This document shows, in pieces, positions 1-10,253 of a stretch of DNA of 64,000 nt. The stretch's first letter is position 1, and the number at the start of each line of letters is the position of its first letter. The position numbers and the translations under genes were made by a program. Below the pieces are notes generated by a model. That model was not told the origin of the DNA. It worked only from the letters and a program-made list of their open reading frames with translations, and did not search any database. This DNA is from Flavobacteriales bacterium. Lineage in GTDB: Bacteria; Bacteroidota; Bacteroidia; Flavobacteriales; BACL11. Location of the stretch: the NCBI GenBank assembly GCA_014381465.1, contig JACNLP010000042.1:64220-128219 (forward strand), written 5' to 3'.

Positions 1-804
1 CTAAGGTTTATTAATGATATTCATTCAGATTTTTGCGATTATATCTCAATTGAAAAAATTGATTTGAATTTGATCTTTAAATATTTGCAGAATGAACTCT
101 CTTTCAATGTGATACAGCTTATAAATTTGAAAGCAAATTCTTTAATGTATTCTAATTTTGAGAAAAACCAACCGCTTATTCTTTCACAGCCATTGGAGAA
201 GTACTCAGTTGTTCATTTAAGCAAAGGAGTATTCCCTGAAAATTATCAAGAATTAAAATCTAAACAAAAAACGGGGTTTAGAAGGGTGCATAAGAAGAAC
301 AAAAATAAAACTCACCTTATTTTAAAGGTTGCTCAAGCTCCTTTTCCAAAAGAAGATATAATTCTATTAAAACAAAATATGATTTCTTTAGGATTCAGAA
401 ATAAGAATTTCCTTCCAGAAAACCAAATAAATCTTATTGAGAATTTATATAATTCAAAGAAGATAATGATTAGTGTTATAAAAAGTACTAATAAAATAAA
501 CGCTATTTCTTTAGTATTAGAAAAAGAAAATGAATATCTGTTTTGGATTGATATGTTTGATGATAGTAAAATGGTGAATATTTTTAATTATATTTCATTA
601 ATGCAAAAACTTTCGGCAATGAATCCAGTTGTAATGAATTTAGGGAGAGGCTTATATAATTACAAAACATCTAACTTCAAACCTTCTATCAAGCAGCTGT
701 TTGCTATTTACATTTTCTCTAATAAATTAGAGAAAATAAAATTTCAACTTAGAAATAGAATAATAGCTATTCTAAAACCAATTTACAAGAAAATAAAAGG
801 ATGA
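1..804 (+). CDS. GNAT/FemAB-like (CelD/BcsL-type) acyltransferase, 5'-partial
   Basis: Frame 1 is open from nt 1 to the stop at 802-804, so the listed TTG at 64 is probably internal and the gene starts upstream of the window. The C-terminal ...NLGRGLYNYKTSNFKP... resembles FemAB/CelD-type folds. ATGA overlap with the next gene in a polysaccharide locus. Confidence 0.4.
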   Translation, partial: LRFINDIHSDFCDYISIEKIDLNLIFKYLQNELSFNVIQLINLKANSLMYSNFEKNQPLILSQPLEKYSVVHLSKGVFPENYQELKSKQKTGFRRVHKKNKNKTHLILKVAQAPFPKEDIILLKQNMISLGFRNKNFLPENQINLIENLYNSKKIMISVIKSTNKINAISLVLEKENEYLFWIDMFDDSKMVNIFNYISLMQKLSAMNPVVMNLGRGLYNYKTSNFKPSIKQLFAIYIFSNKLEKIKFQLRNRIIAILKPIYKKIKG

Positions 805-1853
805 AAGTATTTGCCTATTTTGTAGAACCAGCTTCTTATAGCATTGATCTGATTAGAAATATACACCAGGAAAAATCCATTTTGTTTTGTTTTATAAAGG
901 GTAAAACTAAAGCCAAATCATCTGAAAATATTGATGCTATATATTTATCAGAACTTTCTAATTTTGCTAAAATTCGATTTGTTTTTAACATTTGGAAATC
1001 TAATGATTTAATAATTGTGAATGGCTATAATAATTATGTTTTTATCTTCACTTTCTTATTCAATCTACTTTCTTTTAGAAAAAGGTTCTTAGCTACCGAA
1101 TCAGATACTAAATTAAGAGTTCCTAGAAATGCTTTTAGAAGATTGTTTAAAAGTATTTATCTGAGTATTATTTTTCAAAATAAAAGCGTTTTAGGCTTTG
1201 CAGGAGGAAGCAAAACTCATAAAGATTTATTTCGTCATTATGGCATGGCTGAAAAACGAATTTTCTTAATGCCAATGGTGGTTGATAATCAGAAATATTA
1301 TCACATTCACAAAAATCCTAATACTGTTACTTTTTTGTTTGTAGGAAGATTACTGAAAACTAAAAATGTAGATGTTTTATGTGAGAAATTTATAAGTAAC
1401 TTTTCTGATAAAAAGACAAAACTAATTATAGTAGGGGCAGGAGATGGCTTAAGCAAACTAGAGAAAAAGTTTCCTCAAAAAAAGATTGAATTTAAAGGTG
1501 AAGTTTTTGGTGATGATTTGATAAAAATATATCAAAACTCATCTGTTTTAGTTTTTCCTTCTACATGGGAGCAATGGGGATTGGTTGTAAATGAGGCATT
1601 GGCATCTTCATTGCCTGTAATTGCTCATAAAGAAGTTGGTTCTATACATGATTTGATAATTGGTAAAGAAACAGGATTTGTTATTGAAAATTGGGAAGAG
1701 TTAGAAGAAAAAATGTTAGAATTATTTTACAATAAAGAGTTATGTAATCAATTCTCAGAAAATGCAGTAGATTTGATGAAAAATAATTGGAATTATGATT
1801 TGTATAACAAATGCTTAAATAAAGCAATTGAAAAAGTAAAATCATGGCAGTAA
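801..1853 (+). CDS. Glycosyltransferase family 4 (GT-B)
   Basis: 350 aa. C-terminal GT4 signature EQWGLVVNEALASSLPVIAHKEVGS (E-x7-E-type motif). Translationally coupled on both sides. Confidence 0.8.
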   Translation: MKVFAYFVEPASYSIDLIRNIHQEKSILFCFIKGKTKAKSSENIDAIYLSELSNFAKIRFVFNIWKSNDLIIVNGYNNYVFIFTFLFNLLSFRKRFLATESDTKLRVPRNAFRRLFKSIYLSIIFQNKSVLGFAGGSKTHKDLFRHYGMAEKRIFLMPMVVDNQKYYHIHKNPNTVTFLFVGRLLKTKNVDVLCEKFISNFSDKKTKLIIVGAGDGLSKLEKKFPQKKIEFKGEVFGDDLIKIYQNSSVLVFPSTWEQWGLVVNEALASSLPVIAHKEVGSIHDLIIGKETGFVIENWEELEEKMLELFYNKELCNQFSENAVDLMKNNWNYDLYNKCLNKAIEKVKSWQ

Positions 1854-2575
1854 GCACTCAAATTAAAATAATCCTTATCCGTTTTGCTTCTATGTTTTGT
1901 TGTAGTAAAAAAAGTAAAGCAATTTTTTATCATGATATTCATTCTGATCAAAGGTTTACTAATATGTCAACTTCTGTAGAGTTGTTTAAAAAACATATCC
2001 AAATTATAAGAGAAAGTGGGCACGAAATTGTTTCCAAAATAAGCAAAGAAACAGGGCAAATCGAGATTTCATTTGATGATGCATATTTAGGTTTGTATTG
2101 TAATTTTAATGTGATTAAAGAATTAGATATCCCAATTCAATTATTTGTTGTTTCATCCTTTTTAGAGAAAGATAATCACATTAATAAAACACAACTTTTG
2201 GAACTTAATAAATCAGACTTAATTACGATTTCTTCTCATACGAATTCGCATAAAATATTGAGTGAAATTGATGCTGAAACTTGTCGTTTTGAATTGACTG
2301 AATCAAAGAAAGGATTGGAAGAATTGCTAGATACTGAAGTAAATTCTCTTTGTTTCCCTGAAGGAAAGTTTAACAATCAAACTATTAAAATAGCTAATGA
2401 AGTGGGTTATGAAAAAAAATACTCATCATTACCTGGATTTTATTTTGATGAATTTACACAAGGCGTGAAGAAAAGAAGCTTAGTACAATTTGCTAGAGAA
2501 AAAGAGTTTAAGGCAATCTTAAAAGGTGGGGATCATATTTTATCTTTATGGTATAAATTAAAACATTTTAAATGA
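1844..2575 (+). CDS. Polysaccharide deacetylase (NodB-homology domain)
   Basis: 243 aa. Has ISFDDAY (TFDD-like motif 1) and SSHTNSHKIL (H-S/T-x-x-H motif 2). Confidence 0.75.
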   Translation: MAVSTQIKIILIRFASMFCCSKKSKAIFYHDIHSDQRFTNMSTSVELFKKHIQIIRESGHEIVSKISKETGQIEISFDDAYLGLYCNFNVIKELDIPIQLFVVSSFLEKDNHINKTQLLELNKSDLITISSHTNSHKILSEIDAETCRFELTESKKGLEELLDTEVNSLCFPEGKFNNQTIKIANEVGYEKKYSSLPGFYFDEFTQGVKKRSLVQFAREKEFKAILKGGDHILSLWYKLKHFK

Positions 2576-3726
2576 TGAGAATTTGTTTAGTGTCATCTTC
2601 ATTTTATCCAGCTACCTTTTATGGTGGCCCTATTTCTGCTACTTGGGATTTATCAAAAGAAATAGCTCGTAATAATATTGAAGTTTATGTATCTACAACA
2701 AATGCAAATGGCTTTAAGCAGCTTAATGTAAATACCAATAAATTTATCAAGAAAAAAGAAAACCTCCAAGTTAAATATTACAATGAACAAATAATCAATA
2801 AATTTTCTATCGCTTTTATCTTTGGAATATGGAGCGATCTCAAAAAAGCAAATATAGTTTATATCCAGTATTTATTTCATTATACTGTTTTATTTTCTTT
2901 AGTATTTAGTGCTATTCAAAACAAGAGAATTATTATATGTCCTAGAGGAAGCTTCTCTCAATTTACTTTATCAAATAAATTAGCATTTATCAAATCAATT
3001 TGGATTACAATTTTTATTAAACCATTTATCAAGAATACAAAATGGCAAGCATCATCCTATTTAGAAAAAGCGGATATTAAAAGAGAATTTCCTAAAGCAA
3101 AAATTACTATTGTTAATGATGGTGTTGATTTTAATGCTTTTCAGGATGCAGTAATTCTACCAAAAACCGATTTAGTAAATAAATATACCAATAAATCATT
3201 TGATAAAGTTTCTACTGTTTTTTTCTCTATGGGAAGATTGCATAAAATAAAAGGATTTGATGTGATTATTGATGCCTTTGCTTTATTTCTGAAAGAGCAT
3301 CCTAATTCAAAGCTCCTTATTGCAGGTGCAGATGATGGTGTACAGTTAGAATTAGAAAACCAAATTAAAAAATTAGATTTATCAGAGTCTGTTTTTTTGA
3401 TTGGAATGGTAAATCATGAGCAAAAATGCGAATTACTAAGTAGCTGTACTGCATTTGCTTTAGCATCAGAATTTGAAAGCTTTGGAATTGTAATTGCTGA
3501 AGCATTAGCTTGTGGATGCCCTGTTATAGCATCTAACAAAACTCCTTGGAAGGAGCTTGAAATAAATAATTGTGGTATTTTAGCAGAAAACCAAAAGAGG
3601 GATTTCTATAAAGCATTTATAAGGATAATTGCTAAAAAGTATAATAAAAATCAGATAAAGGAGTATGTGAAAAGTAGATATGATTTGAAAATTATTACTA
3701 AAGGGTTTATAAATATTTTTAAATGA
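2572..3726 (+). CDS. Glycosyltransferase family 4
   Basis: 384 aa. Has SEFESFGIVIAEALACGCPVIAS. ATGA overlaps at both ends. Confidence 0.8.
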   Translation: MMRICLVSSSFYPATFYGGPISATWDLSKEIARNNIEVYVSTTNANGFKQLNVNTNKFIKKKENLQVKYYNEQIINKFSIAFIFGIWSDLKKANIVYIQYLFHYTVLFSLVFSAIQNKRIIICPRGSFSQFTLSNKLAFIKSIWITIFIKPFIKNTKWQASSYLEKADIKREFPKAKITIVNDGVDFNAFQDAVILPKTDLVNKYTNKSFDKVSTVFFSMGRLHKIKGFDVIIDAFALFLKEHPNSKLLIAGADDGVQLELENQIKKLDLSESVFLIGMVNHEQKCELLSSCTAFALASEFESFGIVIAEALACGCPVIASNKTPWKELEINNCGILAENQKRDFYKAFIRIIAKKYNKNQIKEYVKSRYDLKIITKGFINIFK

Positions 3727-4280
3727 AAACAGATTTATCAAAATATAATAATGATTGGTATAAGGCAGGAAACAAAATAAAAAGAGTTCTTTGGTATTTT
3801 ATAAATATTGCCTTTTTCCAGTGTAAATTAAATCTTTTTAATGGTATTAAAGTTATATTGCTTAGGATGTTTGGAACAAAAATAGGGAAAGGTGTAGTGA
3901 TAAAACCAGGAGTAAATATTAAATGCCCATGGAGATTAGAAATAGGAGATAATGTGTGGATAGGAGAGGATGTTTGGATTGATAATGTAGACAAAGTAGT
4001 TATAGGTAATAATGTGTGTATTTCTCAAGGAGCTTTGTTGCTTTGTGCAAATCATAATTATAAAAAACCAAATTTTGACTTATTACTTGGGAAGATAATT
4101 TTAAAAGAGGGCGTTTGGATTGGAGCAAAAGCAATAGTAACCCAAAATGTTACTTGTTATTCGCACGCTATATTATCTGTTGGCTCAGTAGCATCTTCTA
4201 ATTTACAAGAGTATTCAATTTATAAAGGAATCCCTGCCATAAAAATTAGAGAAAGAAAAATTGATGAATTACAACCCTAA
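3723..4280 (+). CDS. Hexapeptide-repeat O-acetyltransferase, WcaF-like
   Basis: 185 aa. N-terminus (DLSKYNNDWYKAGNKIKRVLWYFIN) is typical of colanic-acid-type WcaF. Left-handed beta-helix repeats IGDNVWIGEDVWID...VIGNNVCIS. Confidence 0.75.
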   Translation: MKTDLSKYNNDWYKAGNKIKRVLWYFINIAFFQCKLNLFNGIKVILLRMFGTKIGKGVVIKPGVNIKCPWRLEIGDNVWIGEDVWIDNVDKVVIGNNVCISQGALLLCANHNYKKPNFDLLLGKIILKEGVWIGAKAIVTQNVTCYSHAILSVGSVASSNLQEYSIYKGIPAIKIRERKIDELQP

Positions 4281-5043
4281 AATATCAATTATTACAGTTT
4301 GTTTTAATAGCCAAAACACCTTAAGACAAACTATTGAAAGTGTTAACTCTCAGGATTATAACAATATTGAATACATTATTATTGATGGAGAATCAACCGA
4401 TAATACATTAAAAATTATTCAAGAGTGTGATGAAATGATTGATTATTTCGTTTCAGAGAAAGATAATGGAATTTATGATGCTATGAATAAAGGAATAAAA
4501 GCTGCTACAGGTAATATTATTGGAATTTTAAATTCTGATGATTTTTATAATTCAACTAAAGTAATTAGTGATGTAGTAAGTGCGTTTGTAGAACATCAGT
4601 GCGACAGTGTATATGGGGATTTAGTATATGTAAAAGAGAAGAATACTAAAAAAATTGTTCGTTATTGGCAATCAGGTGAATTTACTATCAAAAAGCTAAA
4701 ACAAGGATGGATGTTGCCTCACCCTACATTTTTTGTAAGAAAATTTATGTACGATAAATTTGGGCTTTATGATGAAAAGCTAAAAAATGCTGCTGATTAT
4801 GAAATGATACTAAGATTATTATATAAGCATAATATTTCAGTCAGTTATTTACCAAAAACACTTGTTAGAATGAGGCAAGGTGGCCAAAGTAATTTATCTA
4901 TATCCAACAGGCTAAAAGCAAATAAAGAAGATAGTACAGCTTGGACAAAAAACCAATTAAATAAGCCAATACTAATTAGATTTAAGAAACCATTATTAAA
5001 AATTAAGCAGTTTTTTAAAAGACCAACAAATGAACAAAACTGA
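4264..5043 (+). CDS. Glycosyltransferase family 2
   Basis: [42 protein letters not shown] plus a DxD-like NSDD motif. ATG at 4264 preferred over the track's TTG at 4261. Confidence 0.8.
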   Translation: MNYNPKISIITVCFNSQNTLRQTIESVNSQDYNNIEYIIIDGESTDNTLKIIQECDEMIDYFVSEKDNGIYDAMNKGIKAATGNIIGILNSDDFYNSTKVISDVVSAFVEHQCDSVYGDLVYVKEKNTKKIVRYWQSGEFTIKKLKQGWMLPHPTFFVRKFMYDKFGLYDEKLKNAADYEMILRLLYKHNISVSYLPKTLVRMRQGGQSNLSISNRLKANKEDSTAWTKNQLNKPILIRFKKPLLKIKQFFKRPTNEQN

Positions 5044-5968
5044 TAATATATATATTGCTGGACACAATGGAATGGTTGGTTCGGCTATTGTTCGTAAGTT
5101 GAAATCAGAAGGTTTTTGTAATTTAATTACTAGAAACTCTAATGAGCTAGATTTAAGAAATCAAAATGCAGTTAATCAGTTTTTTAAAAAAGAAAAACCA
5201 GATTTTGTTTTTCTAGCGGCAGCAAAAGTAGGAGGGATTCTTGCCAATAATACTTTTAGGGCAGAGTTTTTATATGATAATTTGATGATTGAAGCAAATA
5301 TTATCAATTCTGCTTATCAAAATAAGGTAGAGAAGTTATTGTTTTTAGGAAGCTCTTGTATTTATCCGAAAATGGCAAAGCAGCCAATGAAAGAGGATGC
5401 TCTTTTATCTGGTTTTTTAGAGCAAACTAATGAGCCCTATGCCATTGCTAAAATTGCAGGAATAAAACTTTGTGAAACTTACCATGAGCAATACGGATGT
5501 AATTTTATTTCTGCTATGCCGACTAATTTGTACGGTCCAAATGATAATTACGATTTAAAAAACTCACATATTATTCCAGCACTGTTAAGGAAGTTCTTTG
5601 AGGCAAAAAAACAAAATTTACAAGAGGTAGAGGTGTGGGGAGATGGCTCTCCTGTTAGAGAGTTTTTACATGTTGATGATTGTGCAGATGCCTGTGTTTT
5701 CTTAATGAAAAATTATGATGAAAATCAATTTGTAAATGTTGGAAGTGGAGAGGAAAAAAGTATAAAAGAGGTTGCAGAAATTATCAAGCAAAAGATTGGC
5801 TTTCAAGGGGATATTAAGTACAATTCTTTATATCCAAACGGTACTCCTAGGAAATTAATGGATGTTTCGAAAATTCATAAGTTGGGCTGGAAACATCAAA
5901 TATCTTTTCAAAAGGGGATTGACAAAACAATTGCTATTCTGGAAGAAGAACTTCAAAAATTTCAATAA
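5030..5968 (+). CDS. fcl: GDP-L-fucose synthase (GDP-4-keto-6-deoxymannose epimerase/reductase)
   Basis: 312 aa. N-terminal [14 protein letters not shown] Rossmann motif, YAIAKIAG (YxxxK), and full-length resemblance to Fcl/WcaG. Confidence 0.9.
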   Translation: MNKTDNIYIAGHNGMVGSAIVRKLKSEGFCNLITRNSNELDLRNQNAVNQFFKKEKPDFVFLAAAKVGGILANNTFRAEFLYDNLMIEANIINSAYQNKVEKLLFLGSSCIYPKMAKQPMKEDALLSGFLEQTNEPYAIAKIAGIKLCETYHEQYGCNFISAMPTNLYGPNDNYDLKNSHIIPALLRKFFEAKKQNLQEVEVWGDGSPVREFLHVDDCADACVFLMKNYDENQFVNVGSGEEKSIKEVAEIIKQKIGFQGDIKYNSLYPNGTPRKLMDVSKIHKLGWKHQISFQKGIDKTIAILEEELQKFQ

Positions 5969-5971
5969 AAT

Positions 5972-6535
5972 TTGAGAATTCTAATAGTTGATAATTACGA
6001 TTCTTTTACGCACAATCTTTTTCATTATGTAAAACAGTTTGAAGATGATGTTGATGTAATAAAGAATGATAAAATTTCACTATCAAAAGTTGATAGATAC
6101 GATAAAATAATTCTCTCTCCAGGCCCTGGGCTGCCTGATGAACATAAAAATTTAAAAGAAATTATCAAGCAATTTTCCTCTGTTAAAAGCATTTTAGGGG
6201 TTTGTTTAGGTCATCAGGCAATTGGCGAATATTTTGGAGCAAAACTTATAAATTTAAAGGAGGTAATGCATGGTGTTTCTTCCAAAATTATTTTAACAAA
6301 AGACGACTTAATTTTTAAAAATATTCCAGATAATTTTAATGTTGGACATTATCATTCTTGGGTAATTGATGAAAAAACTTTGCCTTGTTGTTTTGATGTT
6401 ACTTCCAAAAATGAAAATGGAATTATCATGTCCATTGCACATAAAGTATATGATTTGAAAGGGGTGCAATTTCATCCGGAATCTATTTTGACTCAGCATG
6501 GGCATTTGATAATAAAAAATTGGCTTAATTCCTAA
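5972..6535 (+). CDS. pabA: Aminodeoxychorismate/anthranilate synthase component II (class I glutamine amidotransferase)
   Basis: 187 aa. Has RILIVDNYDSFTHNLFHYV, GVCLGHQAIG (nucleophile Cys) and FHPES. The TTG start sits exactly where the family N-terminus begins and there is no in-frame ATG nearby. No trp genes are adjacent, hence pabA rather than trpG. Confidence 0.8.
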   Translation: MRILIVDNYDSFTHNLFHYVKQFEDDVDVIKNDKISLSKVDRYDKIILSPGPGLPDEHKNLKEIIKQFSSVKSILGVCLGHQAIGEYFGAKLINLKEVMHGVSSKIILTKDDLIFKNIPDNFNVGHYHSWVIDEKTLPCCFDVTSKNENGIIMSIAHKVYDLKGVQFHPESILTQHGHLIIKNWLNS

Positions 6536-9051
6536 TAATCTATATCAATCCAATCTTTCTTTTTTTCTAATTTTAGATCTTTAAGTACTGATGCTTTTAC
6601 TCTTATAGTGAGGGTGTAGCTTTTATGAAAACCTATAGGAATCCAATTAAAAAGCATTTCCCAACAATGCAAATCACGATAGACATCTACAGAGGAATAG
6701 GTAAGTTCTTTTTCCTTAAAATCATAACCAGAACGGAAACCGATTTTCCACTTTTTTGTGATTTTTATATTTCCAGAAAAATTCAATGATTGAGTAGGTT
6801 CTACTTCAGATGATGGGAGATTTCCTTTATTATAAGAGATGGTATAATTCATGTTTAGATTCCAAGGGATTTTATAAAAATCATCTTCCTTTTTTTCTGA
6901 CTTTTCTTCCTCATCTTTATTTTCCTCTTTGTTAAAGAAACTTTCAGAAACATTTAAACCTAATGAGGCATTTGAGTTTGTAAATCGGGCTAATCTACCA
7001 TTATTAATCTCAAATTGATTAATTCTTTTACCATTGCTATTTATGATGTAAGGGTCGTAACTGCTTGAAAATGTTACATCTAAAAGTCCTAAAAGTTTTG
7101 TTCTTGCATTTAAACCTATAGTAGAAAAGTTGAGCGAATCGGCAAAAATATTATAGCCAGAAGAAATTCCCATACTTTGTAAAATTGTAACTTTTTTTAA
7201 AGTTTCAGTAGTATCTTTTTTACTTCTTATTTTCATATCAAAAAGGTTACCTAAACTAAAATTGATATTACCCTGCCTGTTTTGTCCAGGGCTTCCATAT
7301 ATTCCGTTTTGCATTATTGAATAAGTTTGCAAATTGCCCAAAGTATCAGATTGTACACTTTTGTAGTACCCAAACTTCTCTTTGCTAAAATCAGGACGAA
7401 ATGTTAGGCTTACATTTGGCGTAAGTACATGTCTAAATGCTGCAATTTTTCCTTTTTTGAATTGGGCAATTCCATACAATTTTGTGTTTAATGATGTTGA
7501 AATACTGTAATCATGTGCTCTTGTGAATTTATGTAGAGTATCTGTTATAATAGTATTTCCATCCCATCTTTTTTCAATTTGAGATAAATACCATCTTTCT
7601 GACAAACTAAATTTTGGAGAGAGAGTAAAATGTTTTAAAACTTTTATAGATGTAGAAATTGGAATAGAATGTTTCATTCCGTTTCTAAATTTTGAAAATG
7701 AGTCTTTTGTAAATAACAAGGAATCAGTAGTAGAAATCGTATTTTTAGTATTCAAATTATAACTTATACCAATTTTATCATACCAGTGTTTTTTAGCAGA
7801 TTTTCCCATGTTTTTAAATGGGAAAATTCTATTCATACTAAAGGTGATTTCAGGTAGCGTAAGATTTACTTTTTTAGTTGTAGTGTTTTGGTTGTGCCGT
7901 AAGTTTGTAGATAGATTAAAAGGAGTCCCTTCCCATTTTTTATTTAAACTAACACTTGATTGAAATGTGTTACTTAAATAATCATTTGCATTATAGGAGT
8001 TATTTCTATGATAAGTACTGCTTCCTGCATTTACATTTGCCGAGAATAACAAAGAAGGGTTTGCTTTTGGGTCTTGCTTATGACTCCATCTGATAAAAAA
8101 ATCTTTTTTTATGCTATAATCAGGTAATTCTATTTCACTATTTATTATCCTCCCATAGCTTAAATTAAAATTCCCATTATATTTATATCGTTTTTTGTAT
8201 CTGAAAAATGATCGAGTTGCCCAACTTCCTTTTGTGTAAATATCCCCTTTTACTGATAAATCCATTTTATTATTTAATACAAAATAATAACCACCATCTT
8301 TTAAGAAAAATCCTAGGTTAGCGGATTCTCCATAAGAAGGAATAAGTACACCTGAACTTTGTTTTGTAGTATTTGGAAAAAAGCCGAAAGGCAAAAAAAG
8401 TGGAGTAGGAATGTTAAAAAAAGTAAGGTAAGCAGGCCCTGTAATTATTTTTTTTCCAGGAATAACTTTTATTCTATTTGCTCTTATTGCATAATGTGGC
8501 TTTTGGGCATTACAAGTTGTATAATCTCCTTTATGAAGATAAAATACATCATCTTCCATCTTTTTAACGATCTTTCCAAGAATATATCCTTCCCCTTCTT
8601 TTGTAGAGATTTTCTTTATTCTACACTTTTTACTTTTATAATTATAAGTCATTTCCTCTGCTTTAAAACTTTCATTCCCTTCCTTAAATTCAGGATTGCC
8701 AATCATTTTTCCAGAAGTATCTATTCTTCCTCTAGCATAAATTTGATTTAAAGCCCAATCAATTTCTATAAAATCTGCTATTATTTCTGTATTTTCATAT
8801 TTGATAAAAGCATCTCCATAAAGTAAAACTTTTTGATTTTTAATGTCAAAACGCATAGAGTCAGAAGCGTCATATAAGATGTTATCATTAATGAATGTAC
8901 TTTTTGTTGTGTCATTTATTTCAAGAGTATCTGAAATAATAATTGAAGAACTTCCCCAAGAGTTATTAGAAAAACATGTTAAAAAGATAAGAGAGAGAAG
9001 GAAGTTTCTTCTTTTTAAATACAAATGAATAATGTTATTTTTGTGTGTCAA
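6532..9051 (-). CDS. Large outer-membrane protein, LptD/OstA-like (putative LPS assembly protein)
   Basis: 839 aa with a signal peptide. N-terminal OstA-like segment (...KVLLYGDAFIKYENTEIIADFIEIDW...), then a long Y/F/N/S-rich beta-barrel-type sequence. Size and architecture match flavobacterial LptD-like proteins. Confidence 0.6.
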   Translation of the reverse strand: MTHKNNIIHLYLKRRNFLLSLIFLTCFSNNSWGSSSIIISDTLEINDTTKSTFINDNILYDASDSMRFDIKNQKVLLYGDAFIKYENTEIIADFIEIDWALNQIYARGRIDTSGKMIGNPEFKEGNESFKAEEMTYNYKSKKCRIKKISTKEGEGYILGKIVKKMEDDVFYLHKGDYTTCNAQKPHYAIRANRIKVIPGKKIITGPAYLTFFNIPTPLFLPFGFFPNTTKQSSGVLIPSYGESANLGFFLKDGGYYFVLNNKMDLSVKGDIYTKGSWATRSFFRYKKRYKYNGNFNLSYGRIINSEIELPDYSIKKDFFIRWSHKQDPKANPSLLFSANVNAGSSTYHRNNSYNANDYLSNTFQSSVSLNKKWEGTPFNLSTNLRHNQNTTTKKVNLTLPEITFSMNRIFPFKNMGKSAKKHWYDKIGISYNLNTKNTISTTDSLLFTKDSFSKFRNGMKHSIPISTSIKVLKHFTLSPKFSLSERWYLSQIEKRWDGNTIITDTLHKFTRAHDYSISTSLNTKLYGIAQFKKGKIAAFRHVLTPNVSLTFRPDFSKEKFGYYKSVQSDTLGNLQTYSIMQNGIYGSPGQNRQGNINFSLGNLFDMKIRSKKDTTETLKKVTILQSMGISSGYNIFADSLNFSTIGLNARTKLLGLLDVTFSSSYDPYIINSNGKRINQFEINNGRLARFTNSNASLGLNVSESFFNKEENKDEEEKSEKKEDDFYKIPWNLNMNYTISYNKGNLPSSEVEPTQSLNFSGNIKITKKWKIGFRSGYDFKEKELTYSSVDVYRDLHCWEMLFNWIPIGFHKSYTLTIRVKASVLKDLKLEKKKDWIDIDY

Positions 9052-9060
9052 ATACTTTGA

Positions 9061-10245
9061 ATGTTTATTCTGCCAAAACTAAATAAAAAATACAATTATA
9101 CTTTGCTAAACCTTAAACGCATAATAGGTGTTTTTCTTTTAATTATAACTATAGTTTTTACTGCCAAATCTCAAAATGCAAATAACGGAATAAAAAAGAT
9201 AGTAATTGACCCAGGACATGGTGGAAAAGACCCTGGTAATTTAGGTACTGGGAGATATAAAATAACCGAGAAACATATTGCATTAGATATTTCTTTACTT
9301 TTTGGTAAATATGTAAACGAATCTTTCCCAGAAATTGAAGTGATTTATACTAGAACTACAAATGAGGAATATCCTACCTTAAAAGAGAGAACTGAACTTG
9401 CTAATAAAGTGAAAGCAGATTTATTTATCTCTATTCATTGTGATGCTTTTACTAATCCAAATGCTTATGGGGCTGGGGTTTTTGTAATGGGAATGAGTAA
9501 ATTAAAAGCCAATATGGATATTGCAATGAAAGAAAATGCTGTGATTTATCTGGAGGACGATTACAAACAAAACTATGATGGTTTTGATCCGAATACCCCA
9601 GAAAGTTATATCGTTTTTAGCTTAACTCAAAATACTCATTTAGGACAAAGTTTGCAAATAGCAGAAGAGGTGGAAGAACAGTTTTCTAGTAGAGCAAATC
9701 GAAAAAGTAGAGGAGTAAAACAAGCTCCTTTTTATGTGATAAGTAGAGCAAATATGCCATCAATTTTAATTGAATGTGGTTTTCTTACCAATCCAAAGGA
9801 AGAAGATTATTTAAATTCTAAAGAGGGGAAAGTGTATTTAGCATCTGCTATTTTTAGAGCTTTCAGAAGTTATAAAATGAGTATTGACCAAGCATCCGTG
9901 CAAATAGAAAATAAAGAAGCGCCAAAAAACAAAAAAGAAAATAAAAAGGTAGTTGAAAAAAGAGAAGTAAATACAAAACCAAGTCCAAAGATTATTTTTA
10001 AAGTGCAAATAGGTACTTATCTTAAAAACATGACAAATACCAAAAAGTTTCTAGAAATAAATACTGAAGAAATAATTATACATGGAACTTATAAATATTT
10101 TGTAGGGAACACATCTAGTAAAGTAGAAGCAGATAAGCTAAGAAAAAGTATGGTAGAAAAAGGATTTAAAGGTGCTTTTGTAATAGCTTTTAATGATGGA
10201 ATTCAAATAAATGTTAAAGAAGCATTAAGTTTGCAGAAACAATAA
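9061..10245 (+). CDS. N-acetylmuramoyl-L-alanine amidase (Amidase_3) with C-terminal SPOR-like domain
   Basis: IVIDPGHGGKDPG, SIHCDA and ILIECGFLTN motifs. The C-terminal ~80 aa (FKVQIGTY...GFKGAFVIAF) looks SPOR-like. Confidence 0.85.
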   Translation: MFILPKLNKKYNYTLLNLKRIIGVFLLIITIVFTAKSQNANNGIKKIVIDPGHGGKDPGNLGTGRYKITEKHIALDISLLFGKYVNESFPEIEVIYTRTTNEEYPTLKERTELANKVKADLFISIHCDAFTNPNAYGAGVFVMGMSKLKANMDIAMKENAVIYLEDDYKQNYDGFDPNTPESYIVFSLTQNTHLGQSLQIAEEVEEQFSSRANRKSRGVKQAPFYVISRANMPSILIECGFLTNPKEEDYLNSKEGKVYLASAIFRAFRSYKMSIDQASVQIENKEAPKNKKENKKVVEKREVNTKPSPKIIFKVQIGTYLKNMTNTKKFLEINTEEIIIHGTYKYFVGNTSSKVEADKLRKSMVEKGFKGAFVIAFNDGIQINVKEALSLQKQ

Positions 10246-10253
10246 ATAAAATT

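Noticed and set aside
3719-3994. Antisense or overlapping 'shadow' ORFs throughout the track. Examples: 3719-3994, 6308-6505, 8359-8751, 10436-10834, 13404-13736, 13802-14137, 17158-17349, 18665-18997, 24209-24514, 31427-31879, 34430-34777, 35444-35719, 38704-39117, 39593-39940, 44578-44913, 50828-51094, 52637-52921, 53706-53984 and 60004-61776.
   Set aside because: Each lies entirely inside, and opposite to or out of frame with, a longer ORF that has clear family motifs. Their translations are low-complexity (F/I/L/S/K-rich) with no motifs. Long stop-free antisense frames are expected in AT-rich, codon-biased genes.
6880-6930. Acidic/lysine-rich low-complexity stretch (KEENKDEEEKSEKKEDD) in the LptD-like protein, and the K/E-rich N-terminal part of RNase Y, considered as nucleotide repeats.
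   Set aside because: These are compositionally biased coding linkers or coiled coils, with no exact nucleotide periodicity.
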